Source: Candidatus Doudnabacteria bacterium (lineage in GTDB: Bacteria; Patescibacteriota; Doudnabacteria; UBA920). From it: a DNA stretch of 64,000 nucleotides. The notes beneath the pieces are model-generated. The model worked only from the letters and a program-made list of their open reading frames with translations, was not told the DNA's origin and did not search any database. Positions 1 through 8,199 of the stretch are shown piece after piece. The position numbers and the translations under genes are program-made. The DNA is taken from assembly GCA_963768175.1 (NCBI GenBank), contig CAVYGQ010000001.1:446305-510304 (forward strand). Reading direction: 5' to 3'. The first letter of the stretch is position 1; every line of letters starts with the position of its first letter.

Positions 1-1297
1 TTTGGGTTTGCGCCGCTCCCCCGCTTGCGGAAGCCTGGCCGGCCTGAACTTCTGTTTTTACTTCTGTTCTTGCTTCCAAATTTCCTTTTGCGGAGCCCTC
101 AACTTCAACAGCTCCTTTAACACCCGCCCCTTGGGTTCCGGTCGCGGACATTTGCTCCGTTACAACTCCCCCAACATTAGTCTGGCCTGATGAAATAATC
201 CTACCGCTAATACCAGCCGTTCCGGGACTACCTCCTCCAATAATGCCACCGCCCCCTTGAACGGTTGACGATAAGGACGATTGGCCTGAAATTGCCGTAG
301 AAACTCCAGTGGGTAGAGGTGTCCCCTCTGCAGCAGAGGGGACACCTCTACTGGACCCGCCAACAGATCCGGATATTTCAACGGTTCCGCCGGTACTAAT
401 TGTCCTGGTTGTTTCCGCAGTTCCCCTCTGCGACACCTCGGTTGTTGATTCAGCCGTTCCCGATTCCCTAATGGTTTGCCCGCCAGTGGAAATTTCGGAT
501 GTGGAAGTTGCCGCGCCGCCTCCCGTTTCCTCAACTTCCTGCTGGATTTCCTCACTATAACCTCCACCCTCATCAACTGTTCCTCCGGATGAAACTTCTT
601 TTATATTAGTTGTGCTAGCCGTACCCGACTGGCTTACGGTTTTAGCTCCCACCGAGGAAACGCCGGTTGTTGATTTAAGCGCTCCTAAAGCAGCCCCGGC
701 AATCCCGCCCAAAACATCCCCCATGGCCCCCAGCATCAACTCCGTCGGTCCTGGTGTTACCGCTTTACCCTCACTGCTTTGTCCCGATGCCTGTTCCGCC
801 GCCTTTCGCTTTTTGGCTTGTTCTTCGGTTTCCTTCCCAAAAACCAAATAATGGGAGATTGTGCCGGAAAATTGGGGTTGGCTTTTACTGATAAGCCTGA
901 CAAAAACTGCGTTATTGTCGCCAATTGCTCCGGCAAGATCTTGAGGAATTATAAAACTTAAATATCCGGATTTCCCCAACCCAACCGAATGAGGATAAAA
1001 ATGAAAAATTTTATTTTCATGGCCCGCCCACAGCAAAAAAATCTCCTTATAAAGTTCAAGATCGCTGACATCAACCAATATTTCCGATCCGGCGTAGCAT
1101 CTTGCTCCCTTTACGTTTTTTGGGCCACTACCTACGGCAATGCTTTTTATGGGAATGGTGCCGGAAATTTTGGTAACTCCCGGAATAATCGGCCGGTTGG
1201 GATTACCCGAAACGGCGGATCTTTTTGATTGCGATCCGTTGCCGACGCTTTTGCCATCCACTTCATTTGGGTTTTGTGTTGGCGTAGGGGTTGCCAT
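1..1297 (-). CDS. Large Gly/Ser/Thr-rich hypothetical protein, 3' end runs off the window
   Basis: Manual translation from ATG 1297 (MATPTPTQNPNEVDGK...) stays open to the window edge; absent from the ORF track because no stop is reached; downstream of the VirB4-like gene. Confidence 0.8.
   Translation of the reverse strand, partial: MATPTPTQNPNEVDGKSVGNGSQSKRSAVSGNPNRPIIPGVTKISGTIPIKSIAVGSGPKNVKGARCYAGSEILVDVSDLELYKEIFLLWAGHENKIFHFYPHSVGLGKSGYLSFIIPQDLAGAIGDNNAVFVRLISKSQPQFSGTISHYLVFGKETEEQAKKRKAAEQASGQSSEGKAVTPGPTELMLGAMGDVLGGIAGAALGALKSTTGVSSVGAKTVSQSGTASTTNIKEVSSGGTVDEGGGYSEEIQQEVEETGGGAATSTSEISTGGQTIRESGTAESTTEVSQRGTAETTRTISTGGTVEISGSVGGSSRGVPSAAEGTPLPTGVSTAISGQSSLSSTVQGGGGIIGGGSPGTAGISGRIISSGQTNVGGVVTEQMSATGTQGAGVKGAVEVEGSAKGNLEARTEVKTEVQAGQASASGGAAQTQ
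313..351. repeat. Palindrome GTAGAGGTGTCCCCTCTG-CAG-CAGAGGGGACACCTCTAC, in-frame in a CDS
   Basis: Perfect 18-bp arms; related copies at 46807-46847, 29894-29932, and half copies at 33148 and 41120. Confidence 0.9.
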
Positions 1298-1320
1298 AAA
1301 AATTAAAAACTTAACATTAA

Positions 1321-1400
1321 GGCGTCATCCTGAGCGGAGCGAAAGATCTCAAACCTAAATAAGAGATTCCTCGTTCATGCTACTTCCTCGGAATGACGCC
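1321..1400. mobile_element. GGCGTCAT...ATGACGCC palindromic element, gene-less copy
   Basis: GGCGTCATCCTGAG..GAAAGATCTC / GAGATTCCTC..GGAATGACGCC arms match those flanking the GIY-YIG gene at 4269-4631. Confidence 0.85.
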
Positions 1401-1428
1401 AGGGATTTTGTTATTTAAACGGTAAGCG

Positions 1429-1472
1429 AGGGCTGTCCTTTGCTTAGGCATTTCCAAGAAAAGGACAGCCCT
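1429..1472. terminator. Hairpin AGGGCTGTCCTTT...AAAGGACAGCCCT downstream of the VirB4-like gene (terminator or REP-like)
   Basis: 13-bp inverted repeat; a similar GAGGACAGTC...GACTGTCCTC hairpin lies near 16482-16519. Confidence 0.55.
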
Positions 1473-1501
1473 CTTCCGCGCGATTATTGTTATAGGGATT
1501 G

Positions 1502-3355
1502 TTACTTGTTAGCCAAACTTTCCTGGCTCTCCTGGATTTCCAAAAGCTGCTTGGGGTCGGTGGTAATAATCTGGTCTTCCACGTAGGACGCGTAAATTTT
1601 AATGGCCGCGTGTTTTAACCCCGCGAAAAATATCCCCTCGCCAACTTCGCTTTCAAGTAGCAGATATTTTTCGCCTTCGGTTAAAAAGAAAGTCTCGGCA
1701 ACTACGTTTATGGCCGCCGGGCTCTGCTTAAGCAGCATCTGGATGGAAGAGTTGGTAACTATCGGTTTGCCGTAAGGACTGGCCAGAAAATCGGCCACGT
1801 CCTGCGTAATGGTGGTCAAACCAAGATAATATTTGCGGGCGCGCTTGGCAATGCCGAACAGGAACCTCGCGCTGTCTTCGTGCTGCATCAAAATCCAGGC
1901 TTCGTCCACCGCCAAGATGCGCTTTTTAAGCTCTGAGCGCACCATATTCCAAATATAATTTAAAATAATATACATAGCTATAGGCCTTAACTCCTCTTCC
2001 AAATCGCGAATACTAAACACCACCAGCTGGTTGTTCAACACTACATTAGTCTGCTGGTTTAAAAGCCCGCCAAAAGTGCCTTCGGTAAATTTTGTCAGGC
2101 GCTGGCCTAAACTTTCCGCTCCGACCATATTGTTTAAAATTTCCACCAAATCGTTCATAGTCGGATATTCCAGGCCGCGGAAATCCGCCAAATCCGGCGT
2201 GACATCTTTTTTGGCGTAAGTCTGCCAAATCGCCTTATCCATCAGCGCTTCTTCCGTGGGGTTTAGCTTGCCTATCATCAAACTAAACAACCCCAAAAGG
2301 TTAATAACCGCGGTGCGCAAAACGTCGGCGTTGCTTTCACCTTCAATAGCCACAGGGAGGTCAAACGGGTTTATCCGCGAAGCCGAATTCAGCGATACGC
2401 TTAAATAAGTACCACCCACGGCCGCAGCCAAGTGCTGGTATTCGTTTTCCGGATCGACGATAATGACTTCGGTGCCGATCATCAAGCTGCGCAGCACTTC
2501 CAATTTTACGGCATACGATTTTCCGGCACCGGATTTGGCAAACACCACGGAGTTGGCGTTTTCCATGGCAAAACGGTCAAACAAAATCAGGCTGTTGTTG
2601 TGGCGGTTAATGCCGTATAAAATGCCGTCGTTACTGGTTAAATCCGACGACACGAAAGGAAAACAAGAAGACAAGGGGCTGGTATTCATATTGTTGGCTA
2701 CATCCAGTTCGTCCAGCCCGAGTGGCAAAGTGGAATTCAGCCCGTTTTGGGTTTGCATCAACGCGCGCTTGGTCACGATCAATTTGGAACCGAGCGAGCT
2801 CTCCAGGGTGCTGGAAAATTTATCCAGCTCCTTTAAGTCAGTGGCATAAATTGTAAAATACAAAGCAAAACGAAAATACTTTTCGGTACCCTGCATCAGG
2901 TTGTCCCGCAAACCTTCCACGTCTTTGTAGGCGGTCTCCAGCATCGGATCGCGCACCATGCCTTTTTCCTGGTTAATGGCCATCTGGCTACCGAGCTCCC
3001 CGACCTTGCTTTTAAGTTTTTTTAAAATGTCCGCCGAATCTATAGGGTAAATAAACATGGACAAATCCAGCGCGCCTTCGGCCTGGATAATAAAAGACAG
3101 CCAGTTGCTGGAGAGGAACCTTGGATAAGCCAGCACAAAAAAACTCCTGCCGAATTTGCCGTTAAGCTCAAAATGGGAGCTGTCAAATTTCAACGAAGCT
3201 GGGGCTATTAAATCTTTTAGCGTAGTTAAACCTTCGCGGTAGGTTCTGTCCAAATCCCCAAGACTTGAGCTCAAACTACGTTCGGTTTCGGCTTCTTTCA
3301 GGCTTTGTTTTCTTGCTTCCAGCTCTTGGGGAGTGATTTTTGAAAAAATGCTCAT
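1502..3355 (-). CDS. VirB4/TraC-like type IV secretion ATPase
   Basis: Walker A AKSGAGKS, Walker B LAVDEAW, KRARKY and TTITQDV motifs; 617 aa. Confidence 0.9.
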   Translation of the reverse strand: MSIFSKITPQELEARKQSLKEAETERSLSSSLGDLDRTYREGLTTLKDLIAPASLKFDSSHFELNGKFGRSFFVLAYPRFLSSNWLSFIIQAEGALDLSMFIYPIDSADILKKLKSKVGELGSQMAINQEKGMVRDPMLETAYKDVEGLRDNLMQGTEKYFRFALYFTIYATDLKELDKFSSTLESSLGSKLIVTKRALMQTQNGLNSTLPLGLDELDVANNMNTSPLSSCFPFVSSDLTSNDGILYGINRHNNSLILFDRFAMENANSVVFAKSGAGKSYAVKLEVLRSLMIGTEVIIVDPENEYQHLAAAVGGTYLSVSLNSASRINPFDLPVAIEGESNADVLRTAVINLLGLFSLMIGKLNPTEEALMDKAIWQTYAKKDVTPDLADFRGLEYPTMNDLVEILNNMVGAESLGQRLTKFTEGTFGGLLNQQTNVVLNNQLVVFSIRDLEEELRPIAMYIILNYIWNMVRSELKKRILAVDEAWILMQHEDSARFLFGIAKRARKYYLGLTTITQDVADFLASPYGKPIVTNSSIQMLLKQSPAAINVVAETFFLTEGEKYLLLESEVGEGIFFAGLKHAAIKIYASYVEDQIITTDPKQLLEIQESQESLANK

Positions 3356-3360
3356 AAGTT

Positions 3361-3556
3361 TTCCGATTCGGATTTACGGATTGTATCCGGATCAACGGAT
3401 ACCTGCGGATACTTTTTAGTAAGTTTTAAAATTATTTTTGGTTTAAATTATACCAGTTTCTTTTCATAAAACGACCTGCTTTTCTGCTTGCCTCTTATAT
3501 AAGTACCCGTGGTTATCTGTAAATCCGGATTGTCCCATCCGTATATCCGGATCGGG
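3361..3556. repeat. Intergenic CGGAT/ATCCG degenerate repeat clusters in inverted orientation
   Basis: 3361-3411 and about 3504-3556 resemble the two halves of the insert in rsmA (17586-17692). Confidence 0.7.
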
Positions 3557-3557
3557 T

Positions 3558-4241
3558 TTATTCGGAAATTTTAATGTCTTTCATCTGTGCCGGATCAATT
3601 AACGGGGCAGCGTCAAAATTATAGGAATTGTAATACAACTGGATAATCTCCTCGGTCTTTAGCCTGACACCCCTCACGCCAATGCCGGAAAGGTTAGAAA
3701 GTATCGCCATAACCCTTGTGTCCAATTTTTCTTTGGCTTTCTCAAAATTCTCTATTTTTTTGGCAATCTGTTTGGATTTTCCGCCGCCAAAAATGCGGGA
3801 AAAAAATCCTGCGGCGGGGGGAAAAATGCTCTCTCCCAAAGGAATTATGATATAAAAATTTTTATTCATAATGCTGGCGTTCTCAATAAGCCGGGCTATA
3901 AATTCCGTGTACTCAACGGTCTGAACCCTCAAAAGCTCGTTGGTTTGCTTTTCGGCCAATCCCTTGAGCTTTTCCAGGTAACCGCCAATTTCCATTTTGC
4001 GGCTTTGCATAAGAATTTGGACTGAGAAATCCAAGCTGTTTAAAAACCGCTGAAAATTAAAAATAATGGAATCCTGTTCGTCCTGGCTCTTTAAGTCAAA
4101 ATTGGTGCTGGACACGGACAAAATCGCCCTAAGTGTCCCGTCGTCCGCCACCACGGTGTCGTTTTTTATTTCACTAAGCCGTAAAAAACTTTGGGTGGTT
4201 TTTCCCAGCGGCTTTTTCTTGTTTTGCATTTCAAGCTTCAT
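3558..4241 (-). CDS. TraC N-terminal-like protein of the CPR T4SS-like cluster
   Basis: NFDLKSQDEQDSIIFNFQRFLNSLDFSVQI motif; lies between PrgI and VirB4; start re-placed at ATG 4241 (or 4229) because the longer frame runs into a repeat. Confidence 0.75.
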   Translation of the reverse strand: MKLEMQNKKKPLGKTTQSFLRLSEIKNDTVVADDGTLRAILSVSSTNFDLKSQDEQDSIIFNFQRFLNSLDFSVQILMQSRKMEIGGYLEKLKGLAEKQTNELLRVQTVEYTEFIARLIENASIMNKNFYIIIPLGESIFPPAAGFFSRIFGGGKSKQIAKKIENFEKAKEKLDTRVMAILSNLSGIGVRGVRLKTEEIIQLYYNSYNFDAAPLIDPAQMKDIKISE

Positions 4242-4268
4242 AGTAATCGCAAATATACAAATAAGAGT

Positions 4269-4631
4269 GGCGTCATCCTGAGCCCCGAGTGCAGCCAAGG
4301 GGCGAAGGATCTCAAAATTCAGATGATAAGTCTTTCCATTCCGGGTTTATACTATTAATTAAGTTAATTTTCTTTTGCCTTGTCCAACCCTTTATTCTTT
4401 TCTCTTCCGCGATGGCTTCTAGTGCGGTTCCAAATTCTTTATAATAAACAAGTTTTGTTACATTATACTTTTTCGTAAAACCCTCTACTAACTTATTCTT
4501 ATGCTGATAATTCCTGTTTACGATACTATTGGTTATACCTGTATAAAGAACCGTATGAACTTTATTTGTCATTATGTAAACATAAAACGATTTCATAGTT
4601 TGAGATGCTTCACTTCGTTCAGCATGACGCC
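4269..4631. mobile_element. Putative autonomous CGTC-type element enclosing a GIY-YIG nuclease gene
   Basis: Left arm GGCGTCATCCTGA...GAAGGATCTCA (4269-4314) and right arm TGAGATGCTTC...TCAGCATGACGCC (4601-4631) bracket the ORF tightly. Confidence 0.75.
4312..4596 (-). CDS. Small GIY-YIG nuclease (UPF0213/YhbQ-like)
   Basis: FYVYIM..LYTGITN..R..H, FTKKY, EKRIKGWTRQKK motifs; 94 aa; AT-rich. Confidence 0.92.
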   Translation of the reverse strand: MKSFYVYIMTNKVHTVLYTGITNSIVNRNYQHKNKLVEGFTKKYNVTKLVYYKEFGTALEAIAEEKRIKGWTRQKKINLINSINPEWKDLSSEF

Positions 4632-4708
4632 GTGAAATAGAATCACTTTACTCGATTTTTACTGTTATCCATTTTGTATTTTAATTTATTTTTGTATTTT
4701 CGCGATTA

Positions 4709-5155
4709 CTATCTCATTTTCCCCGCAATATCCTGTTCCTCCGAAACAGTTTTTCTTAACAACTCCTGGACTTCTTTTAGATGCGCCTGAGGGTCTTGGG
4801 GGACCGTAGCTTCAGCCTTAACGGGAGAAGAAAGCTGGGCGTCGGACATTTTACCGTTTGGCATCAGGGCGCGCGTTTCTTTATGGAAAATCAAAATCTT
4901 CGGGCTGGTAAAAAACTTTATAAAATTACCAATGCTGTTGTATACCGGCCGTCCGTTAATTTGGACAAAGGCCATGCCTAGAGCCGGCAAGCCAAAAAGC
5001 ACAAACAGGAAAACCGCGACTAAAATGCTCTTGGTGGCGGAAAAGCCCAAAAAAATAACAATGCCGGCGGCAAAAATTATGCCAAACTGTTTTATTGTCA
5101 AAGGCCCAATAATTTTATCTTCCACCTCGGTAAATTGTGGAACTGGAAATTGCAT
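4709..5155 (-). CDS. PrgI family protein
   Basis: MQFPVPQFTEVEDKIIGPLTIKQF signature, two TM helices, NGRP motif. Confidence 0.88.
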   Translation of the reverse strand: MQFPVPQFTEVEDKIIGPLTIKQFGIIFAAGIVIFLGFSATKSILVAVFLFVLFGLPALGMAFVQINGRPVYNSIGNFIKFFTSPKILIFHKETRALMPNGKMSDAQLSSPVKAEATVPQDPQAHLKEVQELLRKTVSEEQDIAGKMR

Positions 5156-5220
5156 AATCTCACTTTAATTATAACACAGACTATCCTTTATCTTTGATCA
5201 ATAAATCGCTCGCTGCACCC

Positions 5221-5364
5221 GGCGTCATTCTGAGGCCTGAATAAATCTGCCTTTCGACTTTGCTCAAGGCACCCTGAGCGAAGCCGAATGGGTGAAGGCC
5301 GAAGAATCTCTTTGCCCTAGATTTTTAGATCCTTCGGTCGGATGCACTCCCTCAGGATGACGCC
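5221..5364. mobile_element. CGTC-type element, gene-less, with a nested second element in its left loop
   Basis: GGCGTCATTCTGAG...CTCAGGATGACGCC; internal CCTTTCGACTTTGCTCAAGG-CACCCTGAGCGAAGCCGAATGGG at about 5250-5292. Confidence 0.8.
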
Positions 5365-5455
5365 AATAGAGAATGCTACGTTTAATAATACCCCATCACA
5401 ATCTCTAAATTTAAAGCCATACTTGTCTGCCATGGGTAAAAGATTAAGAATAAAA

Positions 5456-5495
5456 GATGAAGGATGAAGGATGAAGGATGAAGGATGAAGGATGA
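5456..5495. repeat. Heptamer tandem repeat (GATGAAG), 5 full units plus a partial
   Basis: Read directly; adjacent to the stop of 5498..6376. Confidence 0.9.
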
Positions 5496-5497
5496 TA

Positions 5498-6376
5498 TCA
5501 ACTTGTCTGTATTTTCGCCAACAAATCAGTAAACTTCTCAAACTCCTCTTTGGTCAAATAATCCCCTGTACCCTCGACATCTAAACTTTCAAAGTCGGGT
5601 TGCCCCGAGAGTAATTTTAAACCCGTGTTAATATAATTTTTATAAGTCTGGCTTTTTTCCAAATTAAAAATTACTTCAAAATACCCGTACTTGGCGACTA
5701 ACGACTTAATCTTTTTTGCCAAGGCGTCCAAAGGCCAAGCCTGTAACATCCGGTTTTCAAACACAGCCAGATCCTGCAAGCCGTTTATTGCCTGTCCATT
5801 TGACGCAACCGGCTTTGAAACCGGCGGCTCGTAGGTAGGCTGTTTTTCCAGTGGAAAATCTTGTCCGGGCAATTTTGAAAGGGAACTTGCAAAACTGGGC
5901 TTTTGCTGAAATGTTGACGGCTTTGCGGCTAACGGGGCAAGCGGCACAGCGGATACGGAGGGAAAAACGGTTTTTGGCTTTGGCGACACCGCTGGCGGAA
6001 CTTTTAATACGGGAGAGGCGGGCTTAACGGTCTGGGGGCTGACAAACGGCTTTTCCCTGATTGGAAAAAAAGGTTTTAGAGCCGCAGCCTGCCCTTTTTG
6101 ATCTTGCCTGATAAATGGTTTTTGTTCTATGATCTGTGATTTGTGATCTATGTTCTGTAATTTATGCCCCTCCTCTAACTCTAACTCCGGATGCCCGGGA
6201 GGCAGCTCTTTTTCCTGAAAAATTGATTTTAAATTAGATGCAAAAATTGACGGCTTCTTTTGGGCAAGCGGCTGCTGGATCTGCGAAGTGGTCTTGGGAG
6301 CCTCATATTTTATAGCGGGAATTTGACCGAATTTCCCTAAGTCTGGCAAATTCATTATGTGGCTCAACTTCGGCAT
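5498..6376 (-). CDS. Hypothetical protein, Pro/Lys-rich N-terminal part and globular C-terminus
   Basis: 292-aa ORF co-oriented within the cluster. Confidence 0.7.
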   Translation of the reverse strand: MPKLSHIMNLPDLGKFGQIPAIKYEAPKTTSQIQQPLAQKKPSIFASNLKSIFQEKELPPGHPELELEEGHKLQNIDHKSQIIEQKPFIRQDQKGQAAALKPFFPIREKPFVSPQTVKPASPVLKVPPAVSPKPKTVFPSVSAVPLAPLAAKPSTFQQKPSFASSLSKLPGQDFPLEKQPTYEPPVSKPVASNGQAINGLQDLAVFENRMLQAWPLDALAKKIKSLVAKYGYFEVIFNLEKSQTYKNYINTGLKLLSGQPDFESLDVEGTGDYLTKEEFEKFTDLLAKIQTS

Positions 6377-6619
6377 TTAAGTCTTCTGCTCCATTCCCCT
6401 CCTTTCTAAGGAGGGGCTAGGGGAGGTTATTGTCTTAATTGCTGATTGCTTATTACTTACTGCTGACTGCTGACTGCTTGCCAGTATCTTTTCCAGCTCT
6501 CCCAATTGTTTATCGCTCATTGAATCCAAAAGCGCCAGCCATTCCGTCCGCTCCGAGACCGACAAAATTGCCGAAGACCTAACCAACCCTTTAATTTTTT
6601 CTATTTCCGCGATATTCAT
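6377..6619 (-). CDS. Small hypothetical protein whose C-terminus derives from repeats
   Basis: 80 aa; abuts the next gene; possibly once continuous with 5498..6376 (same frame, separated by one TAA). Confidence 0.6.
   Translation of the reverse strand: MNIAEIEKIKGLVRSSAILSVSERTEWLALLDSMSDKQLGELEKILASSQQSAVSNKQSAIKTITSPSPSLERRGMEQKT
6391..6432. repeat. 42-bp CCCCTCCTT..AAGGAGGGG REP-like element, identical to 7231-7272
   Basis: Exact 42-bp duplicate; both copies encode ITSPSPSLERRGM. Confidence 0.9.
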
Positions 6620-6747
6620 CTTATATAAAAGCTAAATTCCTATTTGACAAAAATATTAATATAATATATTTAGTTTTACAGAACCACTCCCGCAAGAAGG
6701 CGGGTTTTTTTATCTGGATAGGCTTTTGCTTTAAGTTTCTCCATAAT

Positions 6748-6831
6748 TCCTAACTCCTAACTCCTAACTCCTAACTCCTAACTCCTAACTCCTAACTCCT
6801 AACTCCTAACTCCTAACTCCTAACTCCTAAC
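6748..6831. repeat. Perfect heptamer tandem repeat (TCCTAAC)x12
   Basis: 84 bp counted directly; overlaps the TAG stop of 6827..8185. Confidence 0.95.
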
Positions 6832-8185
6832 TTTTAATTCCGTCCTGCGTCTTCTTCCTAAGTTCCTCCAACTTCCGGTCAATTTCCTGCTGCTTAGATT
6901 GTATATTCTGCGGCGCCGGCTTTTTCTCAAGCAAAGGATTTAAAACAAAAGACGAAGGATTTTTACCCTCTACATTTTCATTTGAAATTGCCTGCCCGCC
7001 AACCGCTGGAGCCGAAGGCGACTGCGGGCGGGGAAATTTGTTATTTGGAATTTTCTCTACCCCCTCTCCCATCTTAAGCCCCGCTGTTGTTTCCTCACTC
7101 CGATCCCTGTTCTTCAAAATATTTTGGATGTTCACCCTGCTGGGCATCACGCCGATACCCGTCCTATCTGTCCAATCAGTCTTATCCATCCTATTTTCTT
7201 CAGCAAACACCGGCTTCTGCAACCCCGCACCCATTCCCCTCCTTTCTAAGGAGGGGCTAGGGGAGGTTATTGGGTTGTTGAAAATTCCTTCCGACCTTCC
7301 GATTTCCGATTTCCGACCTTCTGATATTCCGACATCCGACATTCCGACCTTCCGATTCTCCGATGCGTTCTTTGGCACCGGCACTGCGGGCGGCTGCTGA
7401 TTGGTGATAGGTCGTGGAAGCTCATTTGATGACAATTGAAATTTCTGGGATTGCATATAAGGCAAACCCCCCGTAGTTTTCGTCTGTTCGCCTGGCTCTT
7501 CTGGAATAACTGCGGGCCCCGGCGGCGGAAATAGCAGCCAATCGTAAATTTCCAAAATTTGTTTAAGCACTTCCTTGTCGGTGTTATTAAGTTGGCTAGC
7601 TTGCCTATTATTATTGAAAAAATTAATCTGGTTAAACTTGTCCCTATTTACGGTTAAAGGCTGATTTGTATTGTAACTTTTTAACCAATTTTGAATAGTT
7701 GGCTGAACTGCGCCGACATCTAAACTCAAAGGTTTGTCACCCAACTTTTCTTGATTATTTTCTAAAGAATAAATCCAGCCGCGGCGAGTTTCCTTGTCCG
7801 GTCCAACGCGAAATTCATATATCCCTAATATTTTCTTTAGGCATTCGGAAACATTTACGCCCAATTTTATGGAATCGACTAAATTCTCAGACAAAATATT
7901 TTTACTCTGTTTAAGGGACATGGCCGGCATGGCCTTCCAAGAAAGCACCCACAAAACCGCCATTAATTGGTTATAAATTATTGGGTTAGCTTCCACTTGC
8001 CCCTGATTATCCTTTACCAACTTGTCCAATTGATCATAAAATTCCATTGCGCGCCCAGGCTCCAAATCAAACTCCGCGTCTTGAGCTAACTCAGACAATT
8101 TATCTAAAACACGCTGGTCAGCCAAAGCTTCAGCGTCAAGCAAAAATAAATTTTTTATATTCAATATGTCGGCGATACTAGCCAT
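6827..8185 (-). CDS. Hypothetical protein with helical N-terminal domain and repeat-derived C-terminal tail
   Basis: 452-aa ORF directly downstream of the VirB6-like gene. Confidence 0.8.
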   Translation of the reverse strand: MASIADILNIKNLFLLDAEALADQRVLDKLSELAQDAEFDLEPGRAMEFYDQLDKLVKDNQGQVEANPIIYNQLMAVLWVLSWKAMPAMSLKQSKNILSENLVDSIKLGVNVSECLKKILGIYEFRVGPDKETRRGWIYSLENNQEKLGDKPLSLDVGAVQPTIQNWLKSYNTNQPLTVNRDKFNQINFFNNNRQASQLNNTDKEVLKQILEIYDWLLFPPPGPAVIPEEPGEQTKTTGGLPYMQSQKFQLSSNELPRPITNQQPPAVPVPKNASENRKVGMSDVGISEGRKSEIGRSEGIFNNPITSPSPSLERRGMGAGLQKPVFAEENRMDKTDWTDRTGIGVMPSRVNIQNILKNRDRSEETTAGLKMGEGVEKIPNNKFPRPQSPSAPAVGGQAISNENVEGKNPSSFVLNPLLEKKPAPQNIQSKQQEIDRKLEELRKKTQDGIKS

Positions 8186-8199
8186 AGTTGTTTTTTAAT

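Noticed and set aside
2-1358. Short ORF-track calls in the first 1.3 kb
   Set aside because: Shadows of the long minus-strand CDS starting at 1297
4242-4298. Upstream start of the TraC-N-like gene
   Set aside because: Lies within the CGTC element arm
5317-5541. 74-aa ORF with ILHPSSF repeats
   Set aside because: Translation of a heptamer array and a palindromic element; no independent support
6748-6831. CRISPR array or telomere-like repeat
   Set aside because: Simple heptamer tandem with no spacers, internal to an operon
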